Below, one piece after another: positions 51,166 through 60,810 of a DNA stretch of 64,000 bases. The notes under the pieces are model-generated. The model saw only the letters and a program-made list of their open reading frames with translations, did no database searches and was not told where the DNA came from. The stretch comes from an uncultured Candidatus Peribacteria bacterium. GTDB lineage: Bacteria > Patescibacteriota > Gracilibacteria > Peribacterales > Peribacteraceae. The number at the start of each line of letters is the position of its first letter. Position 1 is the first letter of the stretch. The DNA lies in assembly GCA_964608325.1 (NCBI GenBank), contig CAZSMX010000003.1:12371-76370 (forward strand), read 5' to 3'. Position numbers and translations under genes: made by a program.

Positions 51166-52440
51166 TTACAGCGAACGGTAGATCTTTCCCTTCTCTTCGA
51201 TCGGCAGCCTGGGTAGCACGCCCTTCAAATCGTAGAAAACGCCGTTGTCTGCCAGTGCGTCCGCGTAGGTTTCGGCCGAGAGCTCCCGGTATTCCTTGTG
51301 GGCCACCAGAAGGAGGATGGCGTCGTACGGGGCTTGTTCCAACGAGCCCGGCGACAAGCTCATCTTTTGGATCTCTTCCGGCGAATAGGACGGATCATGC
51401 ACGTCCACCGCGATGCCCTTTGATACGAGCGAGGATATCACGTCGTGCACCTTGCTGTTGCGGGTATCCGGGACGTTCTCCTTGAACGTGAGCCCCAGCA
51501 CCAGCATCCTGGCTTTCTTCGGGGGGATCGACAGCGCGCTTACCACCTGGTCCGCTACGTACGCGCCCATGCTGTCGTTGATGGCGCGGCCGGCGTTGAT
51601 GACGTGCGTTTCCATACCAAGCTGCTTCGCTTTCTCGACCAAATAGTACGGGTCCACCCCGATGCAGTGTCCCCCCACGAGTCCCGGTTGGAATTTCAGG
51701 AAATTCCATTTCGTTCCCGCCGCCGCCAGCACTTCTTTCGTGGGGATGCCGATCTTCCCGCAGAGGATGGCGATTTCGTTCATGTATGCGATATTCAGGT
51801 CGCGCTGGGCGTTCTCGATCGCCTTGGCCATCTCCGCAACCTTGATGGATGACGCGCGGTAAATGCCGGCTTTTACGATGCTGCCGTAGACCTCCGTCAG
51901 AATGTCGAGGGTTCGCTCGTCCTGCCCCGCGACGATCTTCGTAATTGTCTCCACCGTGTGTTCCTTGTCGCCCGGGTTGATGCGCTCCGGCGAATAGCCG
52001 AGCGTGAAATCCTTCCCGCAGACGAGCCCCGAGACATTTTCCAAGATGGGTCCGCAGATATCTTCCGTGACGCCCGGGTACACCGTGGATTCGTAGACGA
52101 CGATCATGCCCTTTCGCAGCTGCGCTCCTACTGTTTGCGATGCGCTTTCCACCAGCGTGAGGTCCGGTTTGTTCTGGCCGTCGACGGGGGTGGGGATAGC
52201 GAGGATGACGATGTCGGCTTTGCCGATGATTGCCGGATCGGTGTCGAAGGCGATGGCTGTGCTCCGCAAGGCAGCTTCGCTCAGTTCGTTCGTACGATCG
52301 AATCCGTCTCGCAATTCCTGGATGCGTTTTTCGCTGATGTCGAATCCGTAGGTTTCAAACCCGTGCGAGGCGAATGCGTGCGCCAGGGGAAGGCCGACGT
52401 ATCCCAGGCCGACGATGCACAAAACCGGCTTTTTTTCCAT
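51166..52440 (-). CDS. Nucleotide-sugar 6-dehydrogenase (TviB/WbpO/CapL-like UDP-HexNAc dehydrogenase family)
   Basis: Trimmed to the ATG at 52440. IVGLGYVGLPLA, GFDISEKRIQELRDGFDRTNE and GGHCIGVDPYY (catalytic Cys). Confidence 0.85.
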   Translation of the reverse strand: MEKKPVLCIVGLGYVGLPLAHAFASHGFETYGFDISEKRIQELRDGFDRTNELSEAALRSTAIAFDTDPAIIGKADIVILAIPTPVDGQNKPDLTLVESASQTVGAQLRKGMIVVYESTVYPGVTEDICGPILENVSGLVCGKDFTLGYSPERINPGDKEHTVETITKIVAGQDERTLDILTEVYGSIVKAGIYRASSIKVAEMAKAIENAQRDLNIAYMNEIAILCGKIGIPTKEVLAAAGTKWNFLKFQPGLVGGHCIGVDPYYLVEKAKQLGMETHVINAGRAINDSMGAYVADQVVSALSIPPKKARMLVLGLTFKENVPDTRNSKVHDVISSLVSKGIAVDVHDPSYSPEEIQKMSLSPGSLEQAPYDAILLLVAHKEYRELSAETYADALADNGVFYDLKGVLPRLPIEEKGKIYRSL

Positions 52441-52447
52441 GGCAGGA

Positions 52448-52480
52448 AGTGTAGGGCAGCCCATGCTCCTGCGCTACACT
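52448..52480. promoter_or_regulatory. Back-to-back divergent TACACT -10 boxes
   Basis: The minus-strand TACACT (52448-52453) is 7 nt from the ATG at 52440. The plus-strand TACACT (52475-52480) is 6 nt from the ATG at 52487. Confidence 0.45.
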
Positions 52481-52486
52481 ATCTTC

Positions 52487-53686
52487 ATGCCGAAGCCGAA
52501 GAAAATCCTCGTTCTAACGCCCTGGGTGCCCTACCCGGTGAGCGGTGCCTGCCAGCAGGACCGTTTCAACGGATTCCTGCAATTGAAAGATTTGGGACAT
52601 GAGATCCATGTCATCGCGAAGGTTCATTCGTTCCAGAACCAGGCCGAGATCAAGGCTTTTTTCGCCGAGAAGGGGATTCCGCTGACGCTTGTCCCGTACT
52701 CACCGAGCCTCATCGCGCTCCTCTTCAAGCGCTTGCCGCGCATCCTTCGTACGCCGGCCCTGATCGACGGTTCGGCGCTGGAATATACCGATCCGCTCTA
52801 CGAACAGGTTGTGTTGGATGCCGTGAAATCGTTCAAGCCGGATCTCGCGTGGATCGAGTACACGTTTTCCTGGCCGGTTCTCCGTCTCCTCAGGCCCTTT
52901 GGCATCCCCACGATTATGAAGTCGTCGCTGGACGAGCCGGTAAATTGCCGGGATGAGAACGGCTGGAGCCTGAGTTCCATCATCAAATCCATCCCGAAGT
53001 ATCCGGGCGAACGCATCGCCGCGCGCGAAAGCGATTTCCTCTTCGCCATTTCCCCCATAGAGGAGCAGATCTATCGCAGGCGCGGCGCGAAGCGGACGGG
53101 CACCCTGCCGTTGCGCGGCATTTCGGAATGCATGGTCCGCAAAACCCATGCGGCTAAGGATGTCCTGGACGTCGTGTTCCTCAGTTCCAGCTACAGCATG
53201 GGCCACAATCGCGACGCACTCGATTTCGTGCTGCAAAAAGTGATTCCGCTCATCCGCGCGCAGGCCCCGGGCGAGTTTCGCTTCCACTTCACGGGCAAGA
53301 AATTCCCGAAAGCCTCGGAGAAATACCTGGGTGAAGATGCCCAACCGACGGGCTTTGTCCCGGATATCGGGGAATTGCTCTCACGCATGGATATCGCCGT
53401 GTGCCCGTGGATTTCCGGCACCGGCATGCAGCAGAAAGTCTTCGAGCCGCTCTGCCGCGGATTGCCTCTCATCACGAACCACCTCGCCGGCTATCCCATC
53501 GAGCCCGGGAAGGAGTTTCTGAAAGCGGTGAAGCCGGAGGAATACGTCCGGGCCTTGCTCGAGCTCCGCTCCGTGGCTCGCAGGCAAGAGATCAGCGATG
53601 CCGCGTTCGCCAAGGTGAACACGCTCTTCTCCAAGGAGGCCGTCAAAAAGATCGCACAGGATGCCATCGACGAAGTCACGCGTTAA
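52487..53686 (+). CDS. GT4-like glycosyltransferase
   Basis: Trimmed to the ATG at 52487 (MPKPKKILVLTPW). C-terminal GTGMQQKVFEPLCRGLPLITN. Confidence 0.75.
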   Translation: MPKPKKILVLTPWVPYPVSGACQQDRFNGFLQLKDLGHEIHVIAKVHSFQNQAEIKAFFAEKGIPLTLVPYSPSLIALLFKRLPRILRTPALIDGSALEYTDPLYEQVVLDAVKSFKPDLAWIEYTFSWPVLRLLRPFGIPTIMKSSLDEPVNCRDENGWSLSSIIKSIPKYPGERIAARESDFLFAISPIEEQIYRRRGAKRTGTLPLRGISECMVRKTHAAKDVLDVVFLSSSYSMGHNRDALDFVLQKVIPLIRAQAPGEFRFHFTGKKFPKASEKYLGEDAQPTGFVPDIGELLSRMDIAVCPWISGTGMQQKVFEPLCRGLPLITNHLAGYPIEPGKEFLKAVKPEEYVRALLELRSVARRQEISDAAFAKVNTLFSKEAVKKIAQDAIDEVTR

Positions 53687-54624
53687 AGCGTCTTCGCGAG
53701 GTGCGCGATTCCTTCCTCCAGCCGGACCGATGCTTCGAACCCGAGGCGCTCTTTCGCCCTGCGCGTGTCGAGCAGGCGCCGCTTGGAGCCGGTGGGTTTA
53801 GAGGGGTCGAAGACGATGTCTCCGTTATACGCGAGTGCGTCCTTGATCATGCGTGCGAGGTCGGCGATGGATGTTTCCGTGCCCGTGCCCAAGTTGATGG
53901 CGTGCGGATCGGTCTCTTTCCAGAGCGCGAGCAGGATGCCGCGGCATGCGTCTTCCGCGTGGATGAATTCGCGCGTTTGCGTGCCATTTCCCCATACTGG
54001 GAACGACGCGTCTCCTTTCTTCTTCGCCGCGAGCATGCGCGCGATCATCCCGGGGATGACATGTCCGTGCACGGGATCGAAGTGGTCGTGGGGTCCGTAG
54101 AGATTCGTGGGGATGACGTGCACGATGGGAAGCGGGAGCGGGGACGTCACGCCGTAGTAGAGGAGCGTTCGTTTCGCCATGCCATAGGGGCCGGTGTCCG
54201 GATTGGGGAGTCCGTTCCAGATGTCCTCCTCGTTCAGGGGGAGCGGAGCGTCGTCCGGGTATTCGCATGCGGTTCCCGCGACGAGAACTTTTCCCGCGCC
54301 TGCTTTCTTGCAGGCGTCGAAGAGATTCATTCCCATTCGCAAGTTCCGATCGAAAAGTGAGGCGCCGTCATCCGTGTTTTTCTTAATGCCCCCTACCGCC
54401 GCGGCCAGGTGAATGACGTAGTCGCCTGTGCCGATCGCCCCCTCGGGTACGCTGGATTCCAAGTTCATCTCCTGACGCGTCGGGGCGACGAAAGGGATGT
54501 CGTTTGCCGCGAGCATGTCCCGCAGGTTCGTTCCCAGGAACCCGTGTCCGCCGGTGATAAGAATGCGCCGCGCCCGGAGGTCCGTGACGCAGGCATCCGG
54601 CAGGGGAACGCTGGAAAGAGGCAT
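53683..54624 (-). CDS. fcl: GDP-L-fucose synthase (GDP-4-keto-6-deoxymannose 3,5-epimerase/4-reductase)
   Basis: [52 protein letters not shown] and [11 protein letters not shown]. Confidence 0.8.
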   Translation of the reverse strand: MPLSSVPLPDACVTDLRARRILITGGHGFLGTNLRDMLAANDIPFVAPTRQEMNLESSVPEGAIGTGDYVIHLAAAVGGIKKNTDDGASLFDRNLRMGMNLFDACKKAGAGKVLVAGTACEYPDDAPLPLNEEDIWNGLPNPDTGPYGMAKRTLLYYGVTSPLPLPIVHVIPTNLYGPHDHFDPVHGHVIPGMIARMLAAKKKGDASFPVWGNGTQTREFIHAEDACRGILLALWKETDPHAINLGTGTETSIADLARMIKDALAYNGDIVFDPSKPTGSKRRLLDTRRAKERLGFEASVRLEEGIAHLAKTL

Positions 54625-54631
54625 GGCCCGC

Positions 54632-54693
54632 AGTATCTCACGGTTCGGTCCCCCGGGCCAGGTATGGCGTCTCCGCCCGCCGTTCCCTATGCT
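54632..54693. promoter_or_regulatory. Divergent -10 boxes for fcl (GATACT) and gmd (TATGCT)
   Basis: The minus-strand GATACT (54632-54637) is 7 nt from the ATG at 54624. The plus-strand TATGCT (54688-54693) is 9 nt from the ATG at 54703. Confidence 0.4.
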
Positions 54694-54702
54694 GGGCGGG
54701 TT

Positions 54703-55749
54703 ATGAAGCGCGCCCTCATCACCGGCATCACGGGGCAGGACGGGTCCTACCTGACGGAGTTCCTACTGGCCAAGGGGTACGAAGTGCACGGCATCGTGCG
54801 CCGCGCCTCCACGTTCAACCGCGGCCGCATCGACCATCTCTTCAACGATCCCCACACCGTGAAGGTCCCGCTCACGCTCCACTACGGCGATCTGGCCGAC
54901 AGCAGTTCATTGCTCCACGTCATCGAGTCGGTGAAGCCCGATGAGATTTACAATCTCGCGGCGCAAAGCCACGTCGGCATCAGCTTCGACATACCGGAGT
55001 ACACCGGCGACGTGACGGGCATGGGCACGATGCGCCTGCTCGAGGCGTTGCGCATCAGTGGCGCACACTCGCGTTTCTACCAGGCGAGCTCCAGCGAACT
55101 CTACGGCAAGGTGATCGAGTCGCCCCAAACGGAACAGACCCCCTTCTATCCCCGCAGCCCCTACGCATGCGCCAAGGCGTACGCGTTTCACATCACGCGC
55201 AACTACCGCGAGAGCCACGGCATGTTCGCCGTGAACGGCATCCTCTTCAACCACGAATCGCCCCGCCGCGGAGAGAACTTCGTGACCCGCAAGATCACGC
55301 TCAGCCTCGCCCGTATCCTCGCAGGCGAAATCGAAACGCTGTACCTGGGAAACCTGGATGCGCGGCGTGATTGGGGATACGCGAAGGAGTACGTGGAAGG
55401 AATGTGGCTGATGCTCCAGCAGGAGAAGCCCGACGATTACGTGTTGGCCACGGGCCGTACCGAAAGCGTGCGCTCGTTCCTGGAAATCTGCCTGCGCCTC
55501 GCGGGTATCGACTTCGAAAGCGAAGGCGAGGGGCTGGGGGAAAGGTACGTCGATCGAAAGACGGGCAAGACGGTCGTCGCGATCGATCCGACCTACTACC
55601 GCCCGGCCGAAGTGGACCTGCTGAAAGGCGACGCGTCCAAGGCGAAGCGCGAGCTTGGGTGGGAGGCGAAAACGACGCTGGAAGAACTTGCGAAGCTGAT
55701 GATGGAAGCTGATTGCAAGGCGCTTGGGGTGGAGTTCGCGGGACGCTGA
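54703..55749 (+). CDS. gmd: GDP-mannose 4,6-dehydratase
   Basis: Trimmed to the ATG at 54703. [51 protein letters not shown] and NLDARRDWG. Confidence 0.93.
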   Translation: MKRALITGITGQDGSYLTEFLLAKGYEVHGIVRRASTFNRGRIDHLFNDPHTVKVPLTLHYGDLADSSSLLHVIESVKPDEIYNLAAQSHVGISFDIPEYTGDVTGMGTMRLLEALRISGAHSRFYQASSSELYGKVIESPQTEQTPFYPRSPYACAKAYAFHITRNYRESHGMFAVNGILFNHESPRRGENFVTRKITLSLARILAGEIETLYLGNLDARRDWGYAKEYVEGMWLMLQQEKPDDYVLATGRTESVRSFLEICLRLAGIDFESEGEGLGERYVDRKTGKTVVAIDPTYYRPAEVDLLKGDASKAKRELGWEAKTTLEELAKLMMEADCKALGVEFAGR

Positions 55750-55837
55750 ATTATTCCACGCATGATGAATGCGATCTTTCCGCGACACGATCGCTTTTCA
55801 CGTGCGTCTACTGTTTGGTGTCTGCTACTCTTCCGTC

Positions 55838-56755
55838 ATGATCCAATCCTGGTCCGGAAAAAAGGTTCTGGTCACCGGCGGTACGGGCTTCATAGGAAGC
55901 TTCGTGGTCGAGCGTCTGCTTGCCGAAGGCGCCCAGGTGCGCGTGCCCCTGCGCGCCCAGAACTTCCGCGCGCTGAGTAACCGAAGGGCGGAGATCGAAT
56001 GGATCGAGGGCGACCTGCGCGACAGCGACTACTGCGCGCAGCTCGTGAACGGCGTCGATTATGTGTTCCACCTCGCCTCCAGCCGCCGCAACACCGAGTA
56101 CCACATCAAGCGTTCTTCAGACGTGATGAACGAGAACGTCCGCATGACGCTGGCGCTCATCGAGGCCCTCAAGGAGAACCCCGTCCCGGTCACGTTCTTC
56201 AGCTCGGCCAACGTGCCCCCGACCATGGACACCATTGCCATCGCGCAGGCGGAGAAGGTGGATGGGTATGTCCTCGGGAAAACCATTTGCGAGTCCCTTT
56301 GGTTCGTCGCATCCCACCAGCGCAACTTTCCGCTGCTCATCGTCCGGCCGGTCGGCGTGTACGGTCCGCGCGATACGTTCAAGGAAGATGCCAACCTTAT
56401 CCCGGCGCTCATGGTGCAGGCGCGTGATAGCAAAGATTCGCTGAAGGTGCGGGGGGATGGCAGTCGCGAGCGCGCATTCCTCTATGTGGAGGATCTGGTC
56501 GAAACGCTCTTCCGCCTCATCGACGTGAGCGCCCAAGGTGTGCAGTACGTGACGTCCGGGGAGGTGGTGACGGTGCAGAAGCTTGCCGAGACGATCCGCG
56601 ACCTCGTCCGCCCCGGACTGAAGATCGAATCCGACTCGTCCGGCCATATCGCCCAGCGCGCCATCCCCATGCTCCCGTTGCACGAGGTGCTGACGACCAT
56701 GGAATGGACTCCTTTGAACGAGGGGCTTGCGAGCACGTACCTTTCCTGGAAATGA
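55838..56755 (+). CDS. NAD-dependent sugar epimerase/dehydratase (extended SDR)
   Basis: Trimmed to the ATG at 55838. VLVTGGTGFIGS and YVLGKTICE (YxxxK). Confidence 0.75.
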   Translation: MIQSWSGKKVLVTGGTGFIGSFVVERLLAEGAQVRVPLRAQNFRALSNRRAEIEWIEGDLRDSDYCAQLVNGVDYVFHLASSRRNTEYHIKRSSDVMNENVRMTLALIEALKENPVPVTFFSSANVPPTMDTIAIAQAEKVDGYVLGKTICESLWFVASHQRNFPLLIVRPVGVYGPRDTFKEDANLIPALMVQARDSKDSLKVRGDGSRERAFLYVEDLVETLFRLIDVSAQGVQYVTSGEVVTVQKLAETIRDLVRPGLKIESDSSGHIAQRAIPMLPLHEVLTTMEWTPLNEGLASTYLSWK

Positions 56756-57186
56756 TCGCCATCACACTCAAGTTCCTCCGGCGCTACCCGCTTCTTAAGA
56801 AGATCGTGAAGTTCGGTATCACGGGCGGTATTGCCGCGGTCATCGACCTCGGGGGATTGCAGATCATGGTGCGCTATCTGTCTGTTCCTGAAGAAGCGGC
56901 CGTCGTCCTTTCATCTCTTGTTTCCGTCATTTTTGTCTTTTTCTTCAACAAGTTCTTTACGTTCCGCGACGGGAGCACGGGGTATGCCAAGCAGATCACG
57001 AAATTTGCCTTGGTGTACGGATTCGCCATCGTTTTGAACGGCATCGTATCGAACTTCTTCCTCTGGATGGGCTTCCATTACCTTATCGCCAAGGTCTTCG
57101 CGATCGGCATCGGCGCCATCATCAATTTCGTGCTTTCCCACCTGTTCGTCTTTACAAAGCAAAAAGACATCCTGCCTGTCGTATAA
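56752..57186 (+). CDS. GtrA-family membrane protein
   Basis: Trimmed to the ATG at 56752 (ATGA overlap). KFGITGGIAAVIDLG and FFFNKFFTF. Four TM spans. Confidence 0.8.
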   Translation: MIAITLKFLRRYPLLKKIVKFGITGGIAAVIDLGGLQIMVRYLSVPEEAAVVLSSLVSVIFVFFFNKFFTFRDGSTGYAKQITKFALVYGFAIVLNGIVSNFFLWMGFHYLIAKVFAIGIGAIINFVLSHLFVFTKQKDILPVV

Positions 57187-57222
57187 GCGCGGGACTTGCT
57201 TCGGTTTTCGACTGCCAACGTC

Positions 57223-57228
57223 TATACT
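57223..57228 (+). promoter_or_regulatory. -10 box TATACT, 9 nt upstream of the ATG at 57238
   Basis: GTCTATACTCCGTCCCCCATG. Confidence 0.45.
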
Positions 57229-57237
57229 CCGTCCCCC

Positions 57238-58896
57238 ATGCAGAAGATCGCAGTAATCGCCGGCGCGGGGCCCGCAGGTTTGACCGCGGCCTACGAACTC
57301 CTGAAGCGTACGGACATCAAACCGATCGTCTTCGAGGCGACCGACGCCATCGGGGGCATCGCGCAGACGTTCAACTACAAGGGGAACCGCATCGATATCG
57401 GCGGACACCGATTCTTCAGCAAGAGCGACCGCGTGATGCGCTGGTGGTTCAACATTCTCCCTTTGCAGGGGGCTCCCGCGGCGGACACCGAGGAGAAGGG
57501 GCATGAGATCGACTACGCCACCGAGGCCATCATGGAGTATCTCTGTCCCGAATGCATCGAGCCGGGTCTTGCGCACAAAGGTATTACCGTAACCCGGCCG
57601 TCTCCGGATCCCGAAAAAGAAGATCGCGTGATGCTCCAGCGCCCGCGCCTTTCGCGCATTTACTACAAGCGCGCCTTTTTCCCGTATCCCATCGCCATCA
57701 CCCTTACCGTGGCCAAGCGCCTCGGCCTGTGGAACACGTTTCTCATCGGCATGAGTTACATCAAGGCGCAGGCGTTTCCCATCAAGGATGAAAGCTATCT
57801 CGATGCCTTCTATATCAACCGTTTCGGCAAGCGACTCTACGAAACATTCTTCCGCGACTACACCGAGAAGGTATGGGGTGTTCCGTGCAGCGACATCCGC
57901 AGCGATTGGGGTGCCCAGCGCGTGAAGGGGTTATCATTGCGCAGGGCTGTGTCGCATGCGATCAAAGACCTGCTCTCCAGCGACTTCAAGAAGTCGCAGG
58001 AAGAACGCGAGACAAGCCTTATCACCCGCTTCTATTACCCCAAGTTCGGCCCCGGCCAAATGTGGGAAACGGTCGCCGATGAGGTGAAGAAATGCGGCGG
58101 TGAAGTGCGCATGAAGCATAAGATCTCCGGCGTACACATGACCCACGGAAAAGTGACATCGGTCACGGTGGAGGATGTCGTGACGGGAGAGCGGGAAGAC
58201 GTCGCCTGCGACCATTTTTTCTCCACCATGCCCGTGAAGCACCTGATGGGCATGATCAGCCCCAGCGTCCCGGATACGGTGCGCGAAGTGGCCGACGGGC
58301 TCGCGTATCGCGACTTCCTGACGGTCGGGGTGTTGCTCAACAAGCTTCATGTGAAGGAAAGAGGGAGGCATCCGGCTTCCGATGTTCCTGATAACTGGAT
58401 CTACATCCAGGAAGGGGACGTGCGGGTCGGTCGCGTGCAGATCTTCAACAACTGGAGCCCCTATATGGTCGACAACTACAGGGGCCACGTGTGGATCGGC
58501 ATGGAATACTTCGTGAACGAGGGTGGGGATTTGTGGGTAATGGATGACAAGAAATTAATCGAGTTCGGTATCGCGGAACTGGAGAAAATCGATTTCATCA
58601 AGAAAGAAGACGTCGTGGATGCCTGCGTTTTACGCATGCCCAAGGCCTATCCGGCGTACATCGGTAGTTACGATCAATTGGACACCGTGCGCGATTTCGT
58701 CGTCAAAATCCCGAACCTGCACCTCATCGGGCGCAACGGCATGCACCGCTACAACAACCAGGACCACAGCATGCTCACCGCCATGATGACCGTCGATAAT
58801 ATCGTCGAGGGAAAGATGGACAGCTCAAACATCTGGGACGTGAACGTCGAAATGGTGTACCACGAAGGGCACTCCAAGGAGGAGAAGGCGGCCTGA
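57238..58896 (+). CDS. NAD(P)/FAD-dependent oxidoreductase (amine-oxidase / UDP-galactopyranose-mutase-like fold)
   Basis: Trimmed to the ATG at 57238. Dinucleotide-binding [18 protein letters not shown] and C-terminal [14 protein letters not shown]. Confidence 0.75.
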   Translation: MQKIAVIAGAGPAGLTAAYELLKRTDIKPIVFEATDAIGGIAQTFNYKGNRIDIGGHRFFSKSDRVMRWWFNILPLQGAPAADTEEKGHEIDYATEAIMEYLCPECIEPGLAHKGITVTRPSPDPEKEDRVMLQRPRLSRIYYKRAFFPYPIAITLTVAKRLGLWNTFLIGMSYIKAQAFPIKDESYLDAFYINRFGKRLYETFFRDYTEKVWGVPCSDIRSDWGAQRVKGLSLRRAVSHAIKDLLSSDFKKSQEERETSLITRFYYPKFGPGQMWETVADEVKKCGGEVRMKHKISGVHMTHGKVTSVTVEDVVTGEREDVACDHFFSTMPVKHLMGMISPSVPDTVREVADGLAYRDFLTVGVLLNKLHVKERGRHPASDVPDNWIYIQEGDVRVGRVQIFNNWSPYMVDNYRGHVWIGMEYFVNEGGDLWVMDDKKLIEFGIAELEKIDFIKKEDVVDACVLRMPKAYPAYIGSYDQLDTVRDFVVKIPNLHLIGRNGMHRYNNQDHSMLTAMMTVDNIVEGKMDSSNIWDVNVEMVYHEGHSKEEKAA

Positions 58897-58902
58897 CCGT
58901 GA

Positions 58903-59811
58903 TCAGGTATTCGCTTTATACCACTCCACGGCCTTCGTGACGCCTTCCTTGAACGGCGTCTTCGGGTCGTAGCCGAATGCTTTCCTAGCCCTGTCGATGT
59001 TCGCGATGTAGCGTCCGATTTCGCCCGTGCGCATTTGCGTCACGGTCACGTCGCCCGTGGCGCCGAGCAGCGCCTTCATCAGTTCCGCCAGTGCCGTGAT
59101 CGTCGATCCCTGTCCGTACGCCAGGTTGTACGTGTTATTCTTCGCGGCGTCGAAATTCATCAACGCCTTTACCACGCCATCCACCGCGTCGTCGATGTAC
59201 GTGAAATCCAGGCACTTCTCGCCGAACACCGTCATCGGTTCGTTGTTCCTGCACTTGCGGAAGAAGAGGGGTACCACGCGGTCGGATTCGTCGTACATGC
59301 CGTACACGTTGCTGAAGCGGATGATGACGTGGTCCACGCCGTAGCAGCGCGTGTAGCTCTCCGTGAACGCCTCGCCCGCGATCTTGCTGGCGGTGTAGGG
59401 GCTGGCGCAGTTCTCCATGCGGGCCATGTCCTCGGTGTAGCTGTCTTGCGCCGGGATGTTGCCGTACGTCTCGCGGGAGGAGGCGAAGAAGAACTTCTTG
59501 ATGCCGTTCCTGCGGCAGAACTCCAGCATGTTGTAGGTGTCCTTCACGTTGTCGAGCGCGCGGTCCGGGTCGATCACGAGGTCGTGCACGCGGGCGTTGG
59601 CCGCCAAATGGATCACCGCCTCCACGTCGGTCGGGAGCTTTTCCACTTCCTTCGGGTCACGCAGGTCCGCTTGGACCGTCACGGCTTGCACCGACGGCTG
59701 CCACTTGTTGTCCACCCAGTCCGCGCCGACTACCTCGTGGCCGTCCGCCAACAGGCGCTCGCATAATCTCGTTCCGATGGTTCCGGATGATCCGGTGACA
59801 AGGATTTTCAT
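58903..59811 (-). CDS. NAD-dependent sugar epimerase/dehydratase (extended SDR)
   Basis: ILVTGSSGTIGT and YTASKIAGE (YxxxK). 302 aa. Confidence 0.8.
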   Translation of the reverse strand: MKILVTGSSGTIGTRLCERLLADGHEVVGADWVDNKWQPSVQAVTVQADLRDPKEVEKLPTDVEAVIHLAANARVHDLVIDPDRALDNVKDTYNMLEFCRRNGIKKFFFASSRETYGNIPAQDSYTEDMARMENCASPYTASKIAGEAFTESYTRCYGVDHVIIRFSNVYGMYDESDRVVPLFFRKCRNNEPMTVFGEKCLDFTYIDDAVDGVVKALMNFDAAKNNTYNLAYGQGSTITALAELMKALLGATGDVTVTQMRTGEIGRYIANIDRARKAFGYDPKTPFKEGVTKAVEWYKANT

Positions 59812-59835
59812 GGGAAGGTGTGGTAATCTTTAAAT

Positions 59836-60810
59836 GTGCGCGTATCCCTCATTTTGCCGACCTACAATGAGGCCTCCAATCTAACGGAGGTACTGGAGCG
59901 TGTCCATGAAACACTCGATCCTTTCGAGGTGATCGTCGTGGATGATAACTCGCCGGATCGTACGTGGGAATTGGCTGGGGCATTGCAATCCACGTATCCG
60001 TCTTTGCGCGTCATCCGGCGCGTGGGCCGCAGGGGATTGTCTTCCGCGGTCATCGAAGGATTCGAAGCGGCGAAGGGGGACATGTTCATCGTCATGGATT
60101 CCGATCTGCAGCATGATCCGACATTGCTCCCCCGCATCCAAAATGCCATCGAAGAAGGTGCCGAAATCGCGGTTGCGTCGAGATATGCCGACGGGGGTGA
60201 CATGAAGGATTGGGGGCCTGTCAGATCATTTCTCAGCCGCGTCGCAACGCATATCGCGCATATCGCGGTGCCGAAAGGGGCGACCGATCCGATGAGCGGC
60301 TTTTTTTCCATTCGCAGGGAAACGTACGCTTCCCTTGCTCCGTCCTTGCGTCCCAGCGGATTCAAGATCCTTTTTGAAATCTTGGCGTTCCTTCCTCGGC
60401 ATGCGAGGATCGTGGAAATCCCGCTGCATTTCGGCGTACGCGAGCGCGGGGAAAGCAAGATGACGCTCTTCGTCCAGCTACAATTCCTGTGGCAGGTCCT
60501 GCGCGTGATCGTTCTGCGCCTACAGATGCCCCTCCTGATCCTCGTATTCGTCCTGATCGCCGTCTTTTTCCTGTGGAGGCTGTGGGATCTGCGCCTCCTC
60601 TATACGAACGCGACGTACAGGTCGTACGTGCAGCAAGGCATGACGTCTCTCGCCGATGCACGCGGCTGGCCGTTGTCCGATCTCTCCGTCCGCGCGGTCT
60701 ACCCCGACCGAGTCCGCCTCATCCATCGCGTCCATCGCAAAGGTCCGGATGCGACCGACTGCTTTGAGTTGCCGTTTGAATCCGATGCCATCCTGCCATG
60801 CGACGACTGA
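59836..60810 (+). CDS. Polyprenol/dolichol-phosphate mannosyltransferase-like GT2 (Dpm1/Ppm1 class) with C-terminal TM segments
   Basis: GTG start. SLILPTYNEASNL, VIVVDDNSPDRT, VMDSDLQHDP, and C-terminal hydrophobic LLILVFVLIAVFFLW. Confidence 0.85.
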   Translation: MRVSLILPTYNEASNLTEVLERVHETLDPFEVIVVDDNSPDRTWELAGALQSTYPSLRVIRRVGRRGLSSAVIEGFEAAKGDMFIVMDSDLQHDPTLLPRIQNAIEEGAEIAVASRYADGGDMKDWGPVRSFLSRVATHIAHIAVPKGATDPMSGFFSIRRETYASLAPSLRPSGFKILFEILAFLPRHARIVEIPLHFGVRERGESKMTLFVQLQFLWQVLRVIVLRLQMPLLILVFVLIAVFFLWRLWDLRLLYTNATYRSYVQQGMTSLADARGWPLSDLSVRAVYPDRVRLIHRVHRKGPDATDCFELPFESDAILPCDD

